A DNA stretch of 64,000 bases from Myxococcota bacterium. Its GTDB lineage: Bacteria; Myxococcota_A; UBA796; CAJQPC01. The translations under genes and the position numbers were made by a program. A model generated the notes under the pieces. That model made no database searches and had not been told where the DNA came from. It saw nothing but the letters and a program-made list of their open reading frames with translations. Shown one piece after another: positions 18,663 to 28,683 of this stretch; the stretch's first letter is position 1; each line of letters begins with the position of its first letter. Location: contig JAZAMN010000049.1 in NCBI GenBank assembly GCA_036229005.1, positions 1 through 64,000 on the forward strand, read 5' to 3'.

Positions 18663-19238
18663 ATGGCGCATCTCGCGCTCTTTGCTCTGCTCGCTTGTGC
18701 CCACACCCCGCAGGAGGCCGCCGCGGCCCCAGCCCAGGTCGATGAGGTGAGCGGTCAGCCCTTCACCCTGCAGGTCCGCTCGGACACGCTGCAGGCCGGC
18801 CAGCCCATGCCGCTGGAGACGGTGTTCGACGGCTTTGGCTGCACTGGAGGCAACGTCAGCCCACAGCTCTCCTGGTCTGCCGGACCAGAGGGCACGGCGT
18901 CCTACGCGGTGATGATGTACGACCCCGACGCGCCCACTGGGGTCGGCTTCCACCACTGGTGGGTCGCGAACCTGTCCCCGGAGACCCTGTCCCTGGCCGA
19001 AGGCGCCGCGGGCTCGGGCCTGCCGGAGGGCGCCGTCGAGGGCCGGAACGACTACAGCACCAGCACCTACGGAGGGCCCTGCCCGCCAGAGGGGCGCACC
19101 CACCGCTACCAGTTCACCGTCTGGGCCCTGGACAGCGAGCTCCCCGTGGACGAGAACACCTCCGCCGCGGTGGTCCGCTTCCTGGTGCGGAACAAGACCC
19201 TGGCAGCGGGGCGATTGGAGGCCACCTACGCCCGGTAG
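18663..19238 (+). CDS. YbhB/YbcL-family (PEBP) lipoprotein
   Basis: GGNVSPQLSW, DPDAPTG, HWWV, YGGPCPP, HRYQFTVWALD; GGAGG RBS. Confidence 0.93.
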   Translation: MAHLALFALLACAHTPQEAAAAPAQVDEVSGQPFTLQVRSDTLQAGQPMPLETVFDGFGCTGGNVSPQLSWSAGPEGTASYAVMMYDPDAPTGVGFHHWWVANLSPETLSLAEGAAGSGLPEGAVEGRNDYSTSTYGGPCPPEGRTHRYQFTVWALDSELPVDENTSAAVVRFLVRNKTLAAGRLEATYAR

Positions 19239-21110
19239 CTACCCGACGAGCTCGCCCAGCTCTTCCCAGCGCTCCATGGCGGCCTCCAGCGCCGCCTCCT
19301 TCTCGCGCACCTGGGCGTCCAGCTCCTGGACCTTGGCGATGTCGGTCGCGCACTCGGCCATCTGGCTGTGGAGCGCCTCGATCGCGGCCTCGGTGTCCTC
19401 GATGGTGGACTCGAGCTTCGAGAGTTCCCGCTGGGCCCGCTCCTTCTCGCGTTGGGCCCGCTGGCGCTCCTTGTAGGACAGAGCCGCCTCCTCCTTCTCC
19501 TGCGAGATCTCCTGGGCCTTGCCGTCCTGGAGCTGGTCGGGGGGGAGCAGGTCGCGGGGCTCCAGGCCCTCGTGGATGTCCAGGCCGTCCACCGAGAAGC
19601 GCACCACGTCCGTCGCGCAGTTCTCGATCAGATATCGGTCGTGCGTGACGATGACGACGGTGCCCTCGAAGTCGTTGATCGCCTGCACCAGGGCCCCGAC
19701 GCTGATGACGTCCAGGTGGTTGGTGGGCTCGTCGAGCAGCAGGACGTCCAGCTCTTTTGCCGTGAGACCCGCCAGGGCGACGCGCGCCTTCTGACCGCCG
19801 GAGAGGGTGCCGATGGGCTGCAGGGCCTTGTCCCCGGAGAGCCCGAGCGCGCCCAGAGCGGTGCGTGCCTGGGTCTCGGTGACCAGGGGGGCCATCTCGC
19901 CGACGGCGTCGACGGGCCGCAGCTCGGGGTCCAAAGCCAGGGCCTGATCCTGGTGGAAGATGCCGACGCGCACGCCCTTTGCGAGCACCCTGCGGCCGGA
20001 GAGGGGGGCGAGCTGACCGCCCAGGATCTTGAGGAGCGTGGACTTGCCGCAGCCGTTCTCGCCCAGCAGCATCCACTTCTGACCGCGGCGAAGATCCAGG
20101 TTCAAGCCGGAGAAGAGGGGCTTGTTGTAGCCGCCATCGATCTCCCTCAACTCCAGGACCTCGGCGTGTCGGGCTTCTCGGGACCGGAAGCGCAGGCGAG
20201 GACCGGCTTCCCTCTCTGGCGCGCTCACCTGCTCGGCCTGCAGCTTCTCCAGGCGCTTTGCGCGGGACTGGGCCTGCTTGGCCTTGGTGGCCTTGGCGCC
20301 GAATCGCTCGACGAAGCGCTGGAGCTTGGCGGCCTCGGTGGCCTGCTTCTCGGCGGTCGCGGCCTGCAGGCGGTCCCGCTCGTCGCGCTGGCGCAGGTAG
20401 GACGTGAAGTTGCCCGAGTAGAAGTCCAGGGCCTTGGCCCGCAGCTCCACGATGCCGTTCACGCAGCGGTCGAGCACGTAGCGGTCGTGGCTGACCAACA
20501 GCAGGGCGCCGGGGTGCTGGGCCAGGTGGTCGGCGAGCCAGGCGCGGGCGTGGAGATCCAGGTGGTTGGTGGGCTCGTCCAGCAGCAGGATCTCGGGCTC
20601 GGAGAGCAGCAGGCGGGCCAGGGCGATGCGCATGCGCCAGCCGCCGGAGAAGAGGCGACAGGGGCGCTCCCAGTCGTCCTTGGAGAAGCCCAGGCCGTGG
20701 AGCACGGAGCCGATCTTGGCGTCCTTCTCGTAGCCACCCGCCGCGGAGAAGGCGGCCTCGGCGCGGGCGTGGCGCTCGATGGACTCGGGGCTGCCGTCCA
20801 GCTCGGAGATGCGCAGGTCCAGGGTGGCCTGGAGCTTGTCCAGGTGCTCCATCCCGCTGGCGGCCTCGTCCCACAGGCTGCGCTCGCTGCCCTCGACGCC
20901 GGCCTGTGGCAGGTAGCCCAGGCGGCCGCGGGTGTGGATCTGCCCGCTGTCCTGCAGGTGCTGACCCATCAGGGTCTTGAGCAGGGTGGACTTGCCGGCG
21001 CCGTTGTGGCCGACCAGGCCGACGCGGTCTCCGGGGCGCAGGTGCCAATCCGCCTCGATCAGCAGCTCCTTGCCGCCGGCAGAGAGGGTCAGGTGCTCCA
21101 GGCGGATCAC
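19239..21110 (-). CDS. ABC-F family ATPase
   Basis: Two NBDs ([36 protein letters not shown] twice), C-terminal coiled coil, no TM. Confidence 0.95.
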   Translation of the reverse strand: MIRLEHLTLSAGGKELLIEADWHLRPGDRVGLVGHNGAGKSTLLKTLMGQHLQDSGQIHTRGRLGYLPQAGVEGSERSLWDEAASGMEHLDKLQATLDLRISELDGSPESIERHARAEAAFSAAGGYEKDAKIGSVLHGLGFSKDDWERPCRLFSGGWRMRIALARLLLSEPEILLLDEPTNHLDLHARAWLADHLAQHPGALLLVSHDRYVLDRCVNGIVELRAKALDFYSGNFTSYLRQRDERDRLQAATAEKQATEAAKLQRFVERFGAKATKAKQAQSRAKRLEKLQAEQVSAPEREAGPRLRFRSREARHAEVLELREIDGGYNKPLFSGLNLDLRRGQKWMLLGENGCGKSTLLKILGGQLAPLSGRRVLAKGVRVGIFHQDQALALDPELRPVDAVGEMAPLVTETQARTALGALGLSGDKALQPIGTLSGGQKARVALAGLTAKELDVLLLDEPTNHLDVISVGALVQAINDFEGTVVIVTHDRYLIENCATDVVRFSVDGLDIHEGLEPRDLLPPDQLQDGKAQEISQEKEEAALSYKERQRAQREKERAQRELSKLESTIEDTEAAIEALHSQMAECATDIAKVQELDAQVREKEAALEAAMERWEELGELVG

Positions 21111-22447
21111 GCCCCGGCCTCCACCAGCTCGCCGCGCAGGCTGTTGGTGAAGCCGCGCAGGATGCGGACGGGCACGGTCTGGCCGACAAGGTCAGCGGAG
21201 CCCTCGAAGTTCACCGTCTTGAAGGTGCCGGTGCGCCCGGCCATCACCTTCTCCTCCCACTTGGAGGGGCCCTCGACCAGCACGTCGTGGACCTGGCCGA
21301 TCATGCCGTGGTGCACGTCGAGCTGGATCTCCTGCTGCCGCTTCTGGAAGCGCATCAGGCGCTCCTGGGCCACGGCCGGGTCGACCTCGGGGTCCTTGAG
21401 GCGCAGGGCCGGGGTCCCGGGACGGGGGCTGTACTTGAAGGAGAAGCTGCCTTCAAAGCGGACTTCTTCGAGCAGGGTCATGGTGTGCTCGAAGTCCTCA
21501 TCGCTCTCGCCGGGGAAGGCCACGATGATGTCCGTGGTCAGCGAGATGTCGGGCCGCGCGTCGCGGAGCTGGGCCACCACGTCCATAAAGCGCTCGCGGT
21601 TGTAGAAGCGCTTCATGCGGCGGAGGATGCGGTCGCTGCCGGACTGCACGGGCAGGTGCAGGTGCGAGGTGAGCTGCGGCAGGTCCCGGTAGGCCTGGAC
21701 CACATCGGGGCCCATGTCGCGGGGGTGGCTGGTGGTGTAGCGGATGCGCTCGACGCCGGGCACGTCGGCCACCGCGTAGAGGAGCTGCGCGAAGTTCAGC
21801 TCCCCGGGCACCTTGAGGCCGTAGGAGTTCACGTTCTGGCCGATCAGCGTGATCTCACGGGCGCCGCCGGCGACGACGTTGCGCACCTCCTCGATGATCT
21901 CGGCGCTGGGCCGGGAGAGCTCGACGCCGCGGGTCGCGGGCACGATGCAGAAGGTGCACTTGTTGTCGCAGCCCTTCTGGATGGTCACGAAGGCGCCGAC
22001 CTTGCCGGCGTGGGTGACCTCGCGCACGAACGCGTATTTCTCGTTGTCGAGGAAGGAGTTGGCCAGCACCCGGCGACCTTGGTTCACCTCCTCCACCACC
22101 TGGCGCACGTTGGGCACGTGGTCGGGTCCGAGAACGAGGTCAACCTTGCCGCGATACTGCTTGAAGAGCTGCTCACCGGCGTGCTGGGCCATGCAGCCCG
22201 TGATGCCGATCTTGGTGCCGCCCTCGCGCAGCCTGGCGACCTCGCCGATGTAGGAGCGCAGCTTCTGCTCGGGCTTCTCGCGCACCGAGCAGGTGTTCAC
22301 CAGGATGAGGTCGGCGTCCTGTTCGGACTCGGCGGGCTCGTAGCCATCCTTGCCGAGCAGGGCCTCCATCTTCTCGGAGTCGTAGACGTTCATCTGGCAG
22401 CCGAAGGTCTTGATGAAGACCTTCTTGGGGGCGCTGTCGGTGGACAT
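21107..22447 (-). CDS. miaB: tRNA-i6A37 methylthiotransferase MiaB
   Basis: TFGCQMNVYDS, NTCSVRE, radical SAM CDNKCTFC, C-terminal TRAM domain. Confidence 0.96.
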   Translation of the reverse strand: MSTDSAPKKVFIKTFGCQMNVYDSEKMEALLGKDGYEPAESEQDADLILVNTCSVREKPEQKLRSYIGEVARLREGGTKIGITGCMAQHAGEQLFKQYRGKVDLVLGPDHVPNVRQVVEEVNQGRRVLANSFLDNEKYAFVREVTHAGKVGAFVTIQKGCDNKCTFCIVPATRGVELSRPSAEIIEEVRNVVAGGAREITLIGQNVNSYGLKVPGELNFAQLLYAVADVPGVERIRYTTSHPRDMGPDVVQAYRDLPQLTSHLHLPVQSGSDRILRRMKRFYNRERFMDVVAQLRDARPDISLTTDIIVAFPGESDEDFEHTMTLLEEVRFEGSFSFKYSPRPGTPALRLKDPEVDPAVAQERLMRFQKRQQEIQLDVHHGMIGQVHDVLVEGPSKWEEKVMAGRTGTFKTVNFEGSADLVGQTVPVRILRGFTNSLRGELVEAGA

Positions 22448-22514
22448 GGGGGCTCCGCGGTGGGCGAGTGGGCCGGTCTAATCGCCTCTGGGGGAGGGGA
22501 CCACGCGGGCAGGG

Positions 22515-23225
22515 CCGGGTATCGGGTATCGGAGGTCAGGTCTCCGGGGGGCGCGGGGCGAGAGGCGACCGGGGACCGGGGACCGCCGATGACGCTTCTG
22601 CGGGCTCCGGCGTTGGTGGCAGCCGAGTGGTTCGGGCGTCTCGGGGAGGGGCCGGGCGGGCCCGGAGACGGCTGGGGGTATCAGGTATCAGGAGTCAGGT
22701 ATCGGGGGGCTCGCGGCGACAAGCGACCGGGGACCGGCAACCGCCGATGACGCTTCTCTGGGCTCCGGCGTCGTGGCAGCCGACTGGTTCGGGCGTCTCG
22801 GGGAGGGGCCGGGCGGGCTCGGAGACGGCTGGGGGTTTCAGGTATCGGGTATCAGGTATCGGGGGGCGCGGGGCGACAGGCGACCGGGGACCGGCAACCG
22901 CCGATGACGCTTCTCCGGGCTCCTGCGTTGGTGGCAGCCGACTGGTTCGGACGTCTCGGGGAGGAGCCGGTCCTGCGTCCGGCCCACAGTTCGGTCTGTG
23001 GACGGCATTCTGGGATCGCCCCGCAGGCAGCGTCTCGCCCTTCCCGGCAGCGCCCATGTGCTCGCACGAGGTCGCGGCCCTCCCCCCAACGCCCAACTCG
23101 TCAGCTGCCACCAACGCACCGAGCCACCCCAACCGCCATCGCCGGTCCCCGGTCGCCGGTCGCCGGTCGCCGCCGCGCCCCAACCCCGTCCCTGATACCT
23201 GATACCCGATACCTGACCTCTGACA
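22515..23225. repeat. Repeat cluster C: three inverted cores (~158-bp period) plus one forward degenerate core, bracketed by inverted heptamer arrays
   Basis: gcgaccggggaccggcaaccgccgatgacgct...gtggcagccgact is the reverse complement of the A/B core; (RGGTATC)n on the left, (GATACCY)n at ~23192-23225. Confidence 0.93.
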
Positions 23226-23289
23226 CCCGCCCTCCCGGAGTGGACGCCGCCCTCCCAACGCGCCATCCTCTCCCAAACAGAGAGCCCCC

Positions 23290-23838
23290 ATGTCGACCGC
23301 CCGCCCCCTCCTCGCGGCCAGCTTGCTGGCTGGTGTCCTCGCTTGCGCCCCCAAGCCCCAACAGTGGAGTCCGCCCACGGCCGAGGTCGGTGAGGACGCG
23401 TTCATGGTCGACGCCGACTTCACCTGCTTCCAGAACTGGCCCCAGGTCGGCAACTCCTACTTCGGGATGCTCAGCGGCAGCCACGGGCCCGCGTACGCCG
23501 CCGCCGATCAGGGGCAACTCCCCTACCCGGTCGGCACCATCGTCCAGATGTTCCCCGGCGAGGCCATGGTGAAGCGCCACGCCGGCTTCTCCCCCGAGAC
23601 CGACGACTGGGAGTTCTTCAAGCTCAAGACGGTCGACGGCCAGACGGTCATCGTCGAGCGGGGCACCACCGAGATCAAGAACATCGCCGGGGGCTGCGCC
23701 GAGTGCCACGCGGCCGCGGCTGAGACCCACGACTGGGTATGCGGCGCCGAGGGCGGCTGCGAGCCTCTGCCCGACTTTGTGGTCAAGCGCGCACACCGGG
23801 CGGTGGAGAAGGACAGCCGCTGCGAGAAGCGCGACTAG
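23290..23838 (+). CDS. Cytochrome c lipoprotein (cytochrome P460-like)
   Basis: VLAC lipobox, YPVGTIV, AMVK, DWEFF, CAECH heme motif. Confidence 0.65.
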   Translation: MSTARPLLAASLLAGVLACAPKPQQWSPPTAEVGEDAFMVDADFTCFQNWPQVGNSYFGMLSGSHGPAYAAADQGQLPYPVGTIVQMFPGEAMVKRHAGFSPETDDWEFFKLKTVDGQTVIVERGTTEIKNIAGGCAECHAAAAETHDWVCGAEGGCEPLPDFVVKRAHRAVEKDSRCEKRD

Positions 23839-23877
23839 CCTCGCCCCCAGACCGGCCCCCCCGACAACGGCGGAGCG

Positions 23878-24762
23878 CTACCCGCACCAGGTCGACAATT
23901 CCTGGGCCAGGGCGTCAAAGACCACGCGCACCCGCGCCGCCGTCCGCAGCTCCCGCCGGGCGGTCAGGTGCAGCGGGACCGGGAACCCCGGCGCCACCCC
24001 GGGGAGGATGCGCCGCAGCGTCGGCTCCCCCTCGCCCACCGGCTCCATGAGCATGGCCAGCCCAGCGCCAGCGCGCGCGAGCCCCAGGTGGCTCCACTGA
24101 CTGGCCGAGCTCAGCCGCAGGTTCTCCAGGGTCACAGGGAAACCCGCAGCCTGCAGGCCCTGCAGGTACACCGCCTTGGGCTCGAAGGCGATGAAGTCCG
24201 CGCCCGCCAGATCCTCGATCCGGCGAGGTCGCCCGTGGCGCGTCAGCCACCCCACGCTGCCGTAGAGCCAGGCCTGCAGGCTGCCCACCTTGCGCGAGAT
24301 GAGCTCCGGGTCCTGGGGCGGCACGTTCCGCACCGCGATCTCCGCAGCCCCTCGCGACAGGTCGCTGAGCTGGTTGTCCGCCACCAGCTCCAGCTCCAGC
24401 TCCGGGTGCTCGGCCCGCAGACGCCCCAGGACGCCGGGCAGCAGGAAGCCGCAGATGGCCTCGCTCGCCGAGATCCGCACGCTCCCCCGCAGCTCCTGCG
24501 CCCGCCCCGCCGCCGTGAAGGAGACGCGCGCGGCGGCCTGCTCCATCCGGCGCAGCTCGGCCTCCAGCTCGCGGGCCAGCGGGGTGGGCAGCAGCGCACC
24601 GCCCGCCCGGGTGAAGAGCACCGCCCCGAGCTGAGACTCCAGCGCCGCGACGTGCCGACCGACCGTGGGCTGGGAGCTGCCCAGGGCCTCGGCGGCGGCG
24701 GTCAGCGAGCCCGTCTCCAGCACGGCCAGCAGGGTGCGGGCGTGGTTCCAGTCAAAGTCCAT
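23878..24762 (-). CDS. LysR-family transcriptional regulator
   Basis: GSLTAAAEALGSSQPTVGRHVAALE HTH; substrate-binding domain. Confidence 0.94.
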   Translation of the reverse strand: MDFDWNHARTLLAVLETGSLTAAAEALGSSQPTVGRHVAALESQLGAVLFTRAGGALLPTPLARELEAELRRMEQAAARVSFTAAGRAQELRGSVRISASEAICGFLLPGVLGRLRAEHPELELELVADNQLSDLSRGAAEIAVRNVPPQDPELISRKVGSLQAWLYGSVGWLTRHGRPRRIEDLAGADFIAFEPKAVYLQGLQAAGFPVTLENLRLSSASQWSHLGLARAGAGLAMLMEPVGEGEPTLRRILPGVAPGFPVPLHLTARRELRTAARVRVVFDALAQELSTWCG

Positions 24763-24866
24763 CAGCGCGGTCCATTCATTCTTGAATAGCACACCCCCAC
24801 CATTGGCCGTTGGGCACACACACTTGAATCCATAGACTCCAGACACCCCACAAGCTGGAGCAACAC

Positions 24867-25517
24867 ATGGACATCCGCATCGGCCGCGGCGTCGGATTCG
24901 CCGCCCTCTCCCTGGTCTTCATCGCCCCCTTCTCCCTGCTCTACGTGCCCGAGCAGACCCTGCGGACGGGTGACCTCGCTGGCACGGCAGAGCTTCAGGT
25001 GGTGGAGCAGGCCCTGGTGCGCTGGGGGTTGGCCGGAGAGCTCGCGGTGGTCGGGATCGAGCTCTTCCTGTTGAGCCTGCTCTGGCTGCTGCTGCGGAGA
25101 GAGAGCCCGGTGGGCGGCGCGATCCTGCTGAGCAGCCGACTGGCGATGACGGTCCTGCAGAGCGCCGGGGTCATCGCGGGCTGGGCGGCTCTGCAGAGCT
25201 TCACGCAGGGGTGGCTGGAGGTGGGCGGCGGCCTGCTGGCTCTCAAGTCCAGCGGCATGCTGGTGTGGCAGGGCATCTTCGCGCTCCACTGCGCGGTCCT
25301 GGCGGTGGTCCTGTGGCGACGCGCAGACAGTCCCCGCTGGATGGCCGTGGGCATGGGCATCACCGCGCTGGCCTACCTCGCGATCGGCGTCGGCCCCCTG
25401 CTGGCGGACTCCCCCCTCTGGACGCACTCCGCCCTGAGCGGCCTGGCCATGGGCGAGCTGCCCTTCTACCTGTGGCTCGCCTTCCGCCGCGCCCCCAAGT
25501 CCCCCGCGCAGGTGTAG
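24867..25517 (+). CDS. Integral membrane protein (DUF4386-like)
   Basis: Multiple TM helices; GELPFYLWL C-terminal motif; GGAG RBS; divergent from LysR. Confidence 0.65.
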   Translation: MDIRIGRGVGFAALSLVFIAPFSLLYVPEQTLRTGDLAGTAELQVVEQALVRWGLAGELAVVGIELFLLSLLWLLLRRESPVGGAILLSSRLAMTVLQSAGVIAGWAALQSFTQGWLEVGGGLLALKSSGMLVWQGIFALHCAVLAVVLWRRADSPRWMAVGMGITALAYLAIGVGPLLADSPLWTHSALSGLAMGELPFYLWLAFRRAPKSPAQV

Positions 25518-25526
25518 ATTGGGCGC

Positions 25527-26336
25527 ATGTTCGCACTCCTGCTCGCCTGCACCGCCGACCCCACCGCCACCCTGCCCTTCGAGGCCGACGTCGCCTTCAC
25601 GGTCGAGCGCGGCGCCCTGGGCCCCGAAGAGGTGGGCATCACCACCGGCGGCGTGCTCTCCGAGCCCGAGCGGGGCGTGCTCTACGCGGCCTCCGGCGAC
25701 GGCCTCTACGACCTGGTCCTGCTCACCGGCCCCCTGATCCCCGGCGAGGTCGAGGTCAGCGCCATCCGCTACCGCAAGGGCCAGCAGTTCATCAGCGACC
25801 GCGACGCCGACTGCAGCCTCAGCCTGACCACCCTGGAGGACATGGCCACCGTCGCCGGCTTCTCCTGCACCGGCCTGCTCCCGGAAGAGGACCTGGACGA
25901 CCCCGAGGCCGAGCCCTGGAGCCTCTCCGGGACCTGGAACGGCGGCGTGTTGACCGAGCAGGACGCCCCCAGCGCCACCATCCAGACCGGCGTGTACCGC
26001 AGCCGCTTCCGCTGGGAGGGAGAGGAGCAGTCGCTGACCGTGGATCAGGGCGCACCGCGTCTCCCCTGGATCTCCGGCCAGTGGTGGACCCTCTTTGGCA
26101 CCAGCGAGGACACACTACTGGACTTGCTCGTCAAGCAGACCCCGGAGACCGGCGCCATCACCCTGGAGCGCTCGGCCTCCACGCTGTCGGTTGGCGCCGT
26201 GGTGCTGGAGCTCGACGCCGACGAGGAGCTGGAGATCACCCTGGGCGACTGGAGCGAGACCGGCACCAGCTTCGAGGTCCCCCTCTGGGAGGATCTGCAG
26301 GCCGGAGACGACGCGCTGACGCTGACCCTGCGCTGA
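25527..26336 (+). CDS. Hypothetical lipoprotein
   Basis: MFALLLAC; host-like codon usage; TAGATT-N6-ATG. Confidence 0.7.
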   Translation: MFALLLACTADPTATLPFEADVAFTVERGALGPEEVGITTGGVLSEPERGVLYAASGDGLYDLVLLTGPLIPGEVEVSAIRYRKGQQFISDRDADCSLSLTTLEDMATVAGFSCTGLLPEEDLDDPEAEPWSLSGTWNGGVLTEQDAPSATIQTGVYRSRFRWEGEEQSLTVDQGAPRLPWISGQWWTLFGTSEDTLLDLLVKQTPETGAITLERSASTLSVGAVVLELDADEELEITLGDWSETGTSFEVPLWEDLQAGDDALTLTLR

Positions 26337-26344
26337 GCTGAGCC

Positions 26345-26836
26345 TCAGCCCCGCTCAGGCTCCGGGATGGAGTCATGGACGGCCACCCGGTCCTGCGGGA
26401 GCATGCGGCGGGCCTCCCAGGTGACGCCCTCCTGCTCCAGCAGCTCGGCCCACGCGCGGAAGTAGAGGATGACGTCCTCCCGCTGGTTGTGGCGCAGGCT
26501 GGATCGGCCAGGGATGCGCGCGAGCACGTCGGGGTGGCTGAGGTACTCGATGTGGCGGATGTCCTCGAGCTGCAGGCCCTTGGAGAGCATCACGTCGATG
26601 ACCTGGTCGATGGGCAGGCCGCTGTTCTCGCAGTAAGACCGCGCGGTCTCGGTCCAGTCGCCGTCCCGCTCCAGGGCCCAGCGGTGCAGGTCGGCCTTGT
26701 GGTGGCCGGTCATGACCTGCGCGAGGTGCCCGCAGTTGCAGGCGCCGGAGTTGCCCCACTCGTAGTGCGGGGAGCTCTCCAGCAGGGTGACGGTGTCCTT
26801 GAGGTAGCCGACAAGCTGCGCTCTGTGGATGCCCAT
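26345..26836 (-). CDS. Hypothetical protein with CNCGH motif
   Basis: YEWGNSGACNCGHLAQ; host-like codon usage, GGAG RBS. Confidence 0.75.
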   Translation of the reverse strand: MGIHRAQLVGYLKDTVTLLESSPHYEWGNSGACNCGHLAQVMTGHHKADLHRWALERDGDWTETARSYCENSGLPIDQVIDVMLSKGLQLEDIRHIEYLSHPDVLARIPGRSSLRHNQREDVILYFRAWAELLEQEGVTWEARRMLPQDRVAVHDSIPEPERG

Positions 26837-26878
26837 GGTGCACTCTCCGAAGCTCTCAGGCCTCTGGAGTAGTCGAGC

Positions 26879-27961
26879 TCAGCTCACAGCTTGCAGGGCA
26901 TCCAGGGTGTCGGCGTCCACGATGCCGGTCTGGGAGAGGCCCCGCCCGGACTGGAAGGCCTTGAGGGCGCGCTCGGTCCCGGGGCCGAAGTCGCCGTCGA
27001 TGCCCAGGCTCTGGCCCGAGGTTTTGAGCAGCCCCTGGAGGGTGGTGACGGCCAGCTCCGCGGCCTTCCCGCTGACCCCGCGCTCGAGCACCAGGGTGCC
27101 GGCCTCCACCCGCTTCCAGGCCACCTGCTCGGTGAGCTCCTCCAGCGCGATGTCCATGCCGCCGACCGCGCCCATCATGGTGATGACCCCGAGCTGCTTG
27201 TCCACGGTGCGGCTGGAGAAGCGCCCGTCGCTGACGTACTTGCCGGAGCTGTAGGCGTCGGTCCCGCTGTAGACGTAGGGGCTCACCCGCCCGCGGTTGT
27301 GGTAGCCCAGCCCGTTGTAGGCCTCGGCGAAGGTGGCCAGGGTGGCCGGGTCGCGGGTGTCCTCGGTGATGCCGAGGTTGTCGCGGTGTGCGGCCTTGTC
27401 GCTCATGGTCAGGGCGTGGACGGCGGCCTCGTGCCAGTCGTGGAAGACCGGGATGTCGGTGGGGTGGTTGACCGCCGGCTTGCCCAGGGGGTCGCCCTGG
27501 TGGAGGTACTTGTTGAAGCTGCCCGAGCACTCCCGCCAGTGGATCGCGGCGATGAGCTCGGCGGGAAACCCGGTCTCGGCGGCCACGGCCTCGTAGCGCG
27601 CTTTGTGCTGGGCCCAGTGCTCCTTGAAGGAGGCCAGCTCGCTCTTGAGCCCGGCGCTCAGGGTGAGGCTGAGCCCGCCCTGCACCCGTTCACTGTGGGC
27701 CTCCTTGACCTGCGCCACCTTGCCGGTGGGCTCGCTGTTGCGCTCCACCTGGACGTCCTGCAGCCCGCCGCTGGTGGCCTGGGCCAGCAGCTCGGTGGCG
27801 GTGGCCTCGTCGGTCTCCCGGCCGCTGATCAGCTCCAGGATGGCGGCGTTCCCGGCCCGCCCGACGTAGGACATCCAGTCCGGCTGGTTCGACGCGGCAG
27901 CGGTCTCCCCGGCTGCAGCAGAGGTGGAGGTGCTGGACGAACGGTGGGACTGAGCAGGCAT
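26879..27961 (-). CDS. Lysozyme-like (COG5526-type) protein with C-terminal peptidoglycan-binding domain
   Basis: AAIHWRECS, YNGLGY, SPYVYSGT, GKYVSDG; IDGDFGPGTERALKAFQ...TGIVD PG-binding motif. Confidence 0.82.
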   Translation of the reverse strand: MPAQSHRSSSTSTSAAAGETAAASNQPDWMSYVGRAGNAAILELISGRETDEATATELLAQATSGGLQDVQVERNSEPTGKVAQVKEAHSERVQGGLSLTLSAGLKSELASFKEHWAQHKARYEAVAAETGFPAELIAAIHWRECSGSFNKYLHQGDPLGKPAVNHPTDIPVFHDWHEAAVHALTMSDKAAHRDNLGITEDTRDPATLATFAEAYNGLGYHNRGRVSPYVYSGTDAYSSGKYVSDGRFSSRTVDKQLGVITMMGAVGGMDIALEELTEQVAWKRVEAGTLVLERGVSGKAAELAVTTLQGLLKTSGQSLGIDGDFGPGTERALKAFQSGRGLSQTGIVDADTLDALQAVS

Positions 27962-28051
27962 GGGCGCTCTCGGTGCGGCCCCATGCTAGCGGAGGCGGAC
28001 CGGATCCCAAAGCGCTGCGCGGCCGGCTTCGGGCCCGCGCAAGCTCCTGCC

Positions 28052-28669
28052 TCAGTTTCGGTTCTCGAAGAAGTCCAGATCCACGCTGATGGCGCAGGCC
28101 AGGCAGATCGCCTTGAGCTCCGGGCTGCCGCTGGGGAACTCCACTCCGAAGGTGTCCGCGTCCGAGAAGGCCTCCTTGAACAGGCCCCCCCACTTCTTCT
28201 GGATGCTGCCGATCTGGGCGCCGCCGGCGTCCAGGATCGGGAAGGTCCACAGCTTCCAGATGGGCGCCTGGATCTGCGCGACGACGGAGCCCGCAGCGTC
28301 CAGCAGCTCGTAGCGCTTGTGCAGGAAGGCCCAGCGGCGCTCGACGCTGCCCAGCTTGCGCCCCCCCGAGGCGATCTGCAGGCTGGAGAACATGAAGAAG
28401 AAGGGCCGCTCCAGGGTGAGCAGCTCCTGCCCCTGGTTGTCCAGCACCTTGACCGTCATGGGGCGGTGGGCCCGCAGGAGCTGCCGCTTGACCACGTCCA
28501 TGAAGCCGCCGCTCTGCTCGCCCATCATGGCCAGGCGCTGGCCCCGGTCATCCAGCAGCTCGTACTTGTTGGCGGACTCGAAGCCCATCACGATCTCGCC
28601 CCACTCCTTGATCTGGCGGATCATCACCTTGGAGGTGCTTTGAAGCAGGGTGCTCAGCTCAGCCTTCAT
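28052..28669 (-). CDS. Phospholipid scramblase / LURP-one-like protein
   Basis: GFESANKY, IQKKWGGL..E.FSDADTFGVEFP, IxxDFFE. Confidence 0.85.
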   Translation of the reverse strand: MKAELSTLLQSTSKVMIRQIKEWGEIVMGFESANKYELLDDRGQRLAMMGEQSGGFMDVVKRQLLRAHRPMTVKVLDNQGQELLTLERPFFFMFSSLQIASGGRKLGSVERRWAFLHKRYELLDAAGSVVAQIQAPIWKLWTFPILDAGGAQIGSIQKKWGGLFKEAFSDADTFGVEFPSGSPELKAICLACAISVDLDFFENRN

Positions 28670-28683
28670 GTGCGCGTCTCTCC

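Noticed and set aside
15612..19238. 1208-aa plus-strand ORF
   Set aside because: Only 18663-19238 (YbhB/YbcL, own RBS) is credible; the rest is repeat DNA and antisense to selO and araC
19239..21110. ABC-F as an antibiotic-resistance gene
   Set aside because: Coupled to housekeeping miaB with no leader or attenuator; no evidence for the resistance subfamily
13565..23225. Repeat clusters as a CRISPR array
   Set aside because: Units are 160-220 bp and similar throughout, with no unique spacers of constant length and no cas genes
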